NCBI GenBank assembly: GCA_964346155.1
Contig: CAYFTJ010000001.1
Location: forward strand, 47,105-111,104
DNA length: 64,000 nt
Direction of reading: 5' to 3'
From: an uncultured Oscillospiraceae bacterium
Lineage (GTDB): Bacteria > Bacillota > Clostridia > Christensenellales > Aristaeellaceae
The notes beneath the pieces were generated by a model. It was not told the DNA's origin. It saw only the letters and a list, made by a program, of their open reading frames with translations, and ran no database searches. Position numbers and translations under genes: made by a program. Of this stretch, positions 60,951 through 64,000 are shown one piece after another. Position 1 is the stretch's first letter. Every line of letters begins with the position of its first letter.

Positions 60951-61041
60951 AGAAAAGTCTTTCACTTTGTTTTCTAATATATCCCCCCATCGTGCTTTAA
61001 CAGAGAGCAATTGAATATCATCGTTGCTATTCAGAAAACAA

Positions 61042-61818
61042 TCAGGCAATTTTATCATATCTATCAACATTACTCACAAAAACTTCCATTTCAAAAGACC
61101 ATTTTTCTGCGGTTCTTCTCAGATAGTCAGCCAATACTGGCAAAGCAGGATATTCACTGGGCAGGTGCCCTGCTTCAAATATCAATAAATCGTTGGCAGT
61201 TGCTTCAAGCGCATGATGGTGATTAACTTCACCTGTCACCAACGCATCCGCATTGGAGTCCAAAGCGCCTCTTATGCCCTCGCTGTACCCACCGCCCCCT
61301 ACAGCAACTTTTTGAATAAACTTATCGCCACGGCCATAAAGCATGCCTTGATAGTTTAGTTTTTCATTCATATGTTGAAGAAACTCGCTTGCTTGCATCC
61401 CTTCTTCAAGCTCCCCCATGACCATATATTGATCGAGAGGTTCAATATTATTTAGGCCAAGCAATCCTGCAGTAGAATTGGAGGGACTAATAACAGACTG
61501 GTCTAAATTGGTATGCGCACTAATTAATGAAATATTGTGGCGGACCAACTCTAAAATCATGCTGTTTTCAAAGGTATCAGTTGTTAATTGTTTGATTGCA
61601 TTAAACATAACCGGATGATGAGATATAATCAGCTGAACATCATTCTCCTTAGCTTCCCGAATAACAGCAGGCCCTAGATCCAAGCATAATAGCATGCGCT
61701 TTACCGGCTGATTTCGATCACCAATCAAAAAACCCGCATTGTCAAAATCTGCCTGGGTATCAAAGGGAGCGATTTGATCAATCATGTTATATATGTCCTG
61801 AACTACTGGGGTTTGCAC
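61042..61818 (-). CDS. Nif3-like dinuclear metal centre protein (YqfO/GTP cyclohydrolase 1 type 2 homologue, short form)
   Basis: It has N-terminal FDNAGFLIGD, HHP, a C-terminal histidine cluster (GEVNHHHA) and conserved synteny after trmK. Confidence 0.85.
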   Translation of the reverse strand: MQTPVVQDIYNMIDQIAPFDTQADFDNAGFLIGDRNQPVKRMLLCLDLGPAVIREAKENDVQLIISHHPVMFNAIKQLTTDTFENSMILELVRHNISLISAHTNLDQSVISPSNSTAGLLGLNNIEPLDQYMVMGELEEGMQASEFLQHMNEKLNYQGMLYGRGDKFIQKVAVGGGGYSEGIRGALDSNADALVTGEVNHHHALEATANDLLIFEAGHLPSEYPALPVLADYLRRTAEKWSFEMEVFVSNVDRYDKIA

Positions 61819-62456
61819 TTTTCAATCCTCTTTTCTATTTCTGATAATAATTTTATTTGTGTTGGTTTCTTTTTACTTTCTACCCGATACTTCCATTTCC
61901 AGTATTCGAGCAAAACTTCATTGTTAGTAGCTCTCACATTAAAACCCAGAAGCAATTGCTCCTGAGTTAATATTAGTTCCTGAACAGTGGCTTTGATTAA
62001 ATGATAAAAACGATCGTTAGACCAAACAATTTTTTCATCCAGCGGAGCATACCCCCTATCCTGAAGCTTAAATCTCACCACTGGCAAGTGAGTATGGGCA
62101 GAGAGTATCAAGGCAGGATAATGCCCGTTAAAAGGTGTTATTTGATCAATAATTCGGGCAATACTCACTCCACCAAGTCCGAGGATGGCTACAGCATCCA
62201 CCTTTTGGTCGATAACCGACCAGCCATCCCCCTGCCTTACTGAAACTGACTCATTTAAACCAAGCTTGTTGACCAAGTGATTCATTTTTTCAACAGAAAC
62301 AGGGCTAATATCGCTGGCTATCACTTGCTCACATTTTTTAGACTGAACAAGGTAGCAGGCAAGTTTGCCGTGGTCCGCTGCCAAATCAACACCAACCTTG
62401 CAGACAGGAAACAGTTCCGCTGCGGCAGCTAAACGGGCGTCAAGACGCAGTATCAT
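61803..62456 (-). CDS. trmK: tRNA (adenine22-N1)-methyltransferase
   Basis: It has the motif VDLAADHGKLACYLV. It lies between sigA and the nif3-like gene, as yqfN does in B. subtilis. Confidence 0.85.
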   Translation of the reverse strand: MILRLDARLAAAAELFPVCKVGVDLAADHGKLACYLVQSKKCEQVIASDISPVSVEKMNHLVNKLGLNESVSVRQGDGWSVIDQKVDAVAILGLGGVSIARIIDQITPFNGHYPALILSAHTHLPVVRFKLQDRGYAPLDEKIVWSNDRFYHLIKATVQELILTQEQLLLGFNVRATNNEVLLEYWKWKYRVESKKKPTQIKLLSEIEKRIEKCKPQ

Positions 62457-63572
62457 TTAAAAACATTCTTTCAGTTTCTTAATGCGGCTGGGATGTTTTA
62501 ACTTCCTTAAGGCCTTTGCTTCAATCTGTCGAATACGTTCACGGGTTACACCAAACACCTTCCCCACCTCTTCAAGTGTGCGTGGGTTGCCATCTTCAAG
62601 GCCAAAGCGCATCCTAAGCACTTTTTCCTCACGAGGAGTTAAGGTTTTAAGCAAGTCCCAGATTTGTTCACGCATAAGGGTATTGGCAGCAGCTTCAGCA
62701 GGCGCTGGCGCGTCTTCATCCTGTATGAAGTCCCCAAGGTGGCTATCCTCTTCTTCCCCGATGGGTATTTCAAGCGATACCGGCTCCTGAGCAATTTTCA
62801 TGATTTCCCGTACCTTTGTCTCGGTAATATTCATGGCTTCACCAATCTCTTCAGGAGTAGGCTCACGCCCCAATTCCTGCAAAAGCTGACGGGAAATGCG
62901 GGTTAATTTATTGATCGTTTCTACCATATGCACAGGGATACGAATGGTTCTTGCCTGGTCAGCAATGGCACGCGTAATAGCCTGCCTAATCCACCAGGTG
63001 GCATAGGTGGAAAATTTGTATCCCTTATGGTAGTCAAACTTTTCTACAGCTTTGATTAAACCAAGGTTACCTTCTTGAATCAAATCAAGAAAAAGCATCC
63101 CGCGGCCAACATATCTTTTGGCGATGGAAACAACCAAACGCAGGTTCGCTTCGGCCAGTTCTCCCTTGGCACTTTCATCGCCCGCTTCAATCCGTTTGGC
63201 TATTTCGACTTCCTGCTCAGCAGTCAATAAAGGCACTTGCCCGATTTCTTTTAAGTACATCCGCACAGGATCATCAATGGCGATACTTTCGGAGGTTGTG
63301 GCCTCTACGTCGATTTCTAAATCAACCTTTTCTTTTTTCTTCCGGGAAGAATCACCATCATCAAGGAGCTCATCATCATCTTCACTCTCACGATCGCGCG
63401 TTACCGTAATGCCAAGGGATTCGATGTGAATAAGAACAGCATCCAAAACGTCAGGATCCAGTCCTGATTCGTTTAATTTTTCAATGATAGTATCATAAGA
63501 AATGATGCCTTTACGTTTGGCATAATCATAAATACGCACTAGAATTTTTTCTTCTTTTTGTTTATTGCTCAT
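62457..63572 (-). CDS. sigA: Primary RNA polymerase sigma factor
   Basis: Regions 1.1 to 4.2 are present, including [31 protein letters not shown] and [20 protein letters not shown]. Confidence 0.95.
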   Translation of the reverse strand: MSNKQKEEKILVRIYDYAKRKGIISYDTIIEKLNESGLDPDVLDAVLIHIESLGITVTRDRESEDDDELLDDGDSSRKKKEKVDLEIDVEATTSESIAIDDPVRMYLKEIGQVPLLTAEQEVEIAKRIEAGDESAKGELAEANLRLVVSIAKRYVGRGMLFLDLIQEGNLGLIKAVEKFDYHKGYKFSTYATWWIRQAITRAIADQARTIRIPVHMVETINKLTRISRQLLQELGREPTPEEIGEAMNITETKVREIMKIAQEPVSLEIPIGEEEDSHLGDFIQDEDAPAPAEAAANTLMREQIWDLLKTLTPREEKVLRMRFGLEDGNPRTLEEVGKVFGVTRERIRQIEAKALRKLKHPSRIKKLKECF

Positions 63573-64000
63573 ACTTTCGACTCCTTTGATGATAGTTCTT
63601 TTTGTTTTTTTAGTTTATTTTCTTCTACTGTTAACCGTTCAATTTCTTTTAAAGCATTGGTCAGTTCATCAGATGACAAGGCATTTAAAGATAAGCTTAT
63701 TTCCTCGATTTTTCTGCGTATCCGCGCGGTTTTTAATTCATTAATACAGTCTTCAGCAGCAATAAGCGCTTGAGCCTTGTTTAAAGGCACCTCGCGTATA
63801 AACACCTCGGTCGCCTGAGCAATCAGATAATCGTCCTCAAGCTCTGACAATACCTTAGCCGGCGTTTTATTTTTAATAAGCTCACCGGCCAGTTGTTTAG
63901 CGGTTTGCGTAACAAAATCATCCTCAGATAAAAGATTAGCCGGTAAAAGAGCCTTGCCCCATAGATTTAAAAGAATTTCTTCGGCTGGCAGAAGAATATT
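63569..64000 (-). CDS. dnaG: DNA primase, C-terminal part (5' end lies outside the window)
   Basis: The minus-strand frame stays open to nt 64000 with no in-frame stop. It overlaps the sigA start by 4 nt, matching the classical dnaG-sigA operon. The C-terminal helical domain is acidic and coiled. Confidence 0.85.
   Translation of the reverse strand, partial: NILLPAEEILLNLWGKALLPANLLSEDDFVTQTAKQLAGELIKNKTPAKVLSELEDDYLIAQATEVFIREVPLNKAQALIAAEDCINELKTARIRRKIEEISLSLNALSSDELTNALKEIERLTVEENKLKKQKELSSKESKV

Noticed and set aside
59548-61041. The integrase as a marker of a prophage, ICE or genomic island.
   Set aside because: There are no phage, conjugation, excisionase or cargo genes on either side. 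No tRNA or tmRNA target and no flanking direct repeats were seen. The neighbours are conserved housekeeping operons. A chromosomal Xer-type role or a solitary remnant is more likely.

Overview
This window looks like core chromosome from a moderate-GC Bacillota (Clostridia-like) genome. It holds about 60 tightly packed protein genes, many with overlapping stop and start codons. Several ORF-track starts were moved to the first start codon with a Shine-Dalgarno motif. Gene order:

- dxs (5' partial)-tlyA, then a TrmH-family methyltransferase coupled to a large orphan protein, then a VanY-like protein.
- HPr-like, whiA and murB on the minus strand, divergent from murC-lepA.
- A BMP-family nucleoside-type ABC transporter (binding protein, ATPase, two permeases), then xpt and a class B sortase.
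- A J-domain/DUF5685-like pair, a CNNM-family protein and a thioredoxin-reductase-like flavoprotein.
- tdh-kbl-trpS-acpS-nnr-LCP, then nadK-argR-recN and upp.
- Two beta-lactamase-fold hydrolases around an M20 amidohydrolase and lgt, then recX.
- tcdA, comFC, recD2 and a THUMP methyltransferase on the minus strand, then deoB-punA.
- pheST behind a Phe T-box leader.
- A zinc-ribbon/TPM pair divergent from ctsR-mcsA-mcsB-clpC, which carries a CtsR operator.
- A lone XerS-like tyrosine recombinase, then nif3-trmK-sigA-dnaG (3' part only).

I found no rRNA, tRNA, CRISPR array, transposase, prophage block or recognisable defence island. I therefore cannot point to a clear novel multi-gene system. 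The best candidates for undescribed biology are:

- The coupled DUF5685-like/J-domain cysteine-string pair.
- The double-zinc-ribbon/TPM membrane pair.
- The roughly 705-aa orphan protein coupled to the TrmH-family methyltransferase.
- The XerS-like recombinase with an adjacent dif-sized inverted repeat.
- A G8 slippage-prone tract in ctsR, next to a degenerate-looking mcsB.
- Two enzyme-fold proteins with substituted catalytic residues (VanY-like and CAT/E2-like).

All family assignments come from motif recognition by eye and need HMM or BLAST confirmation.
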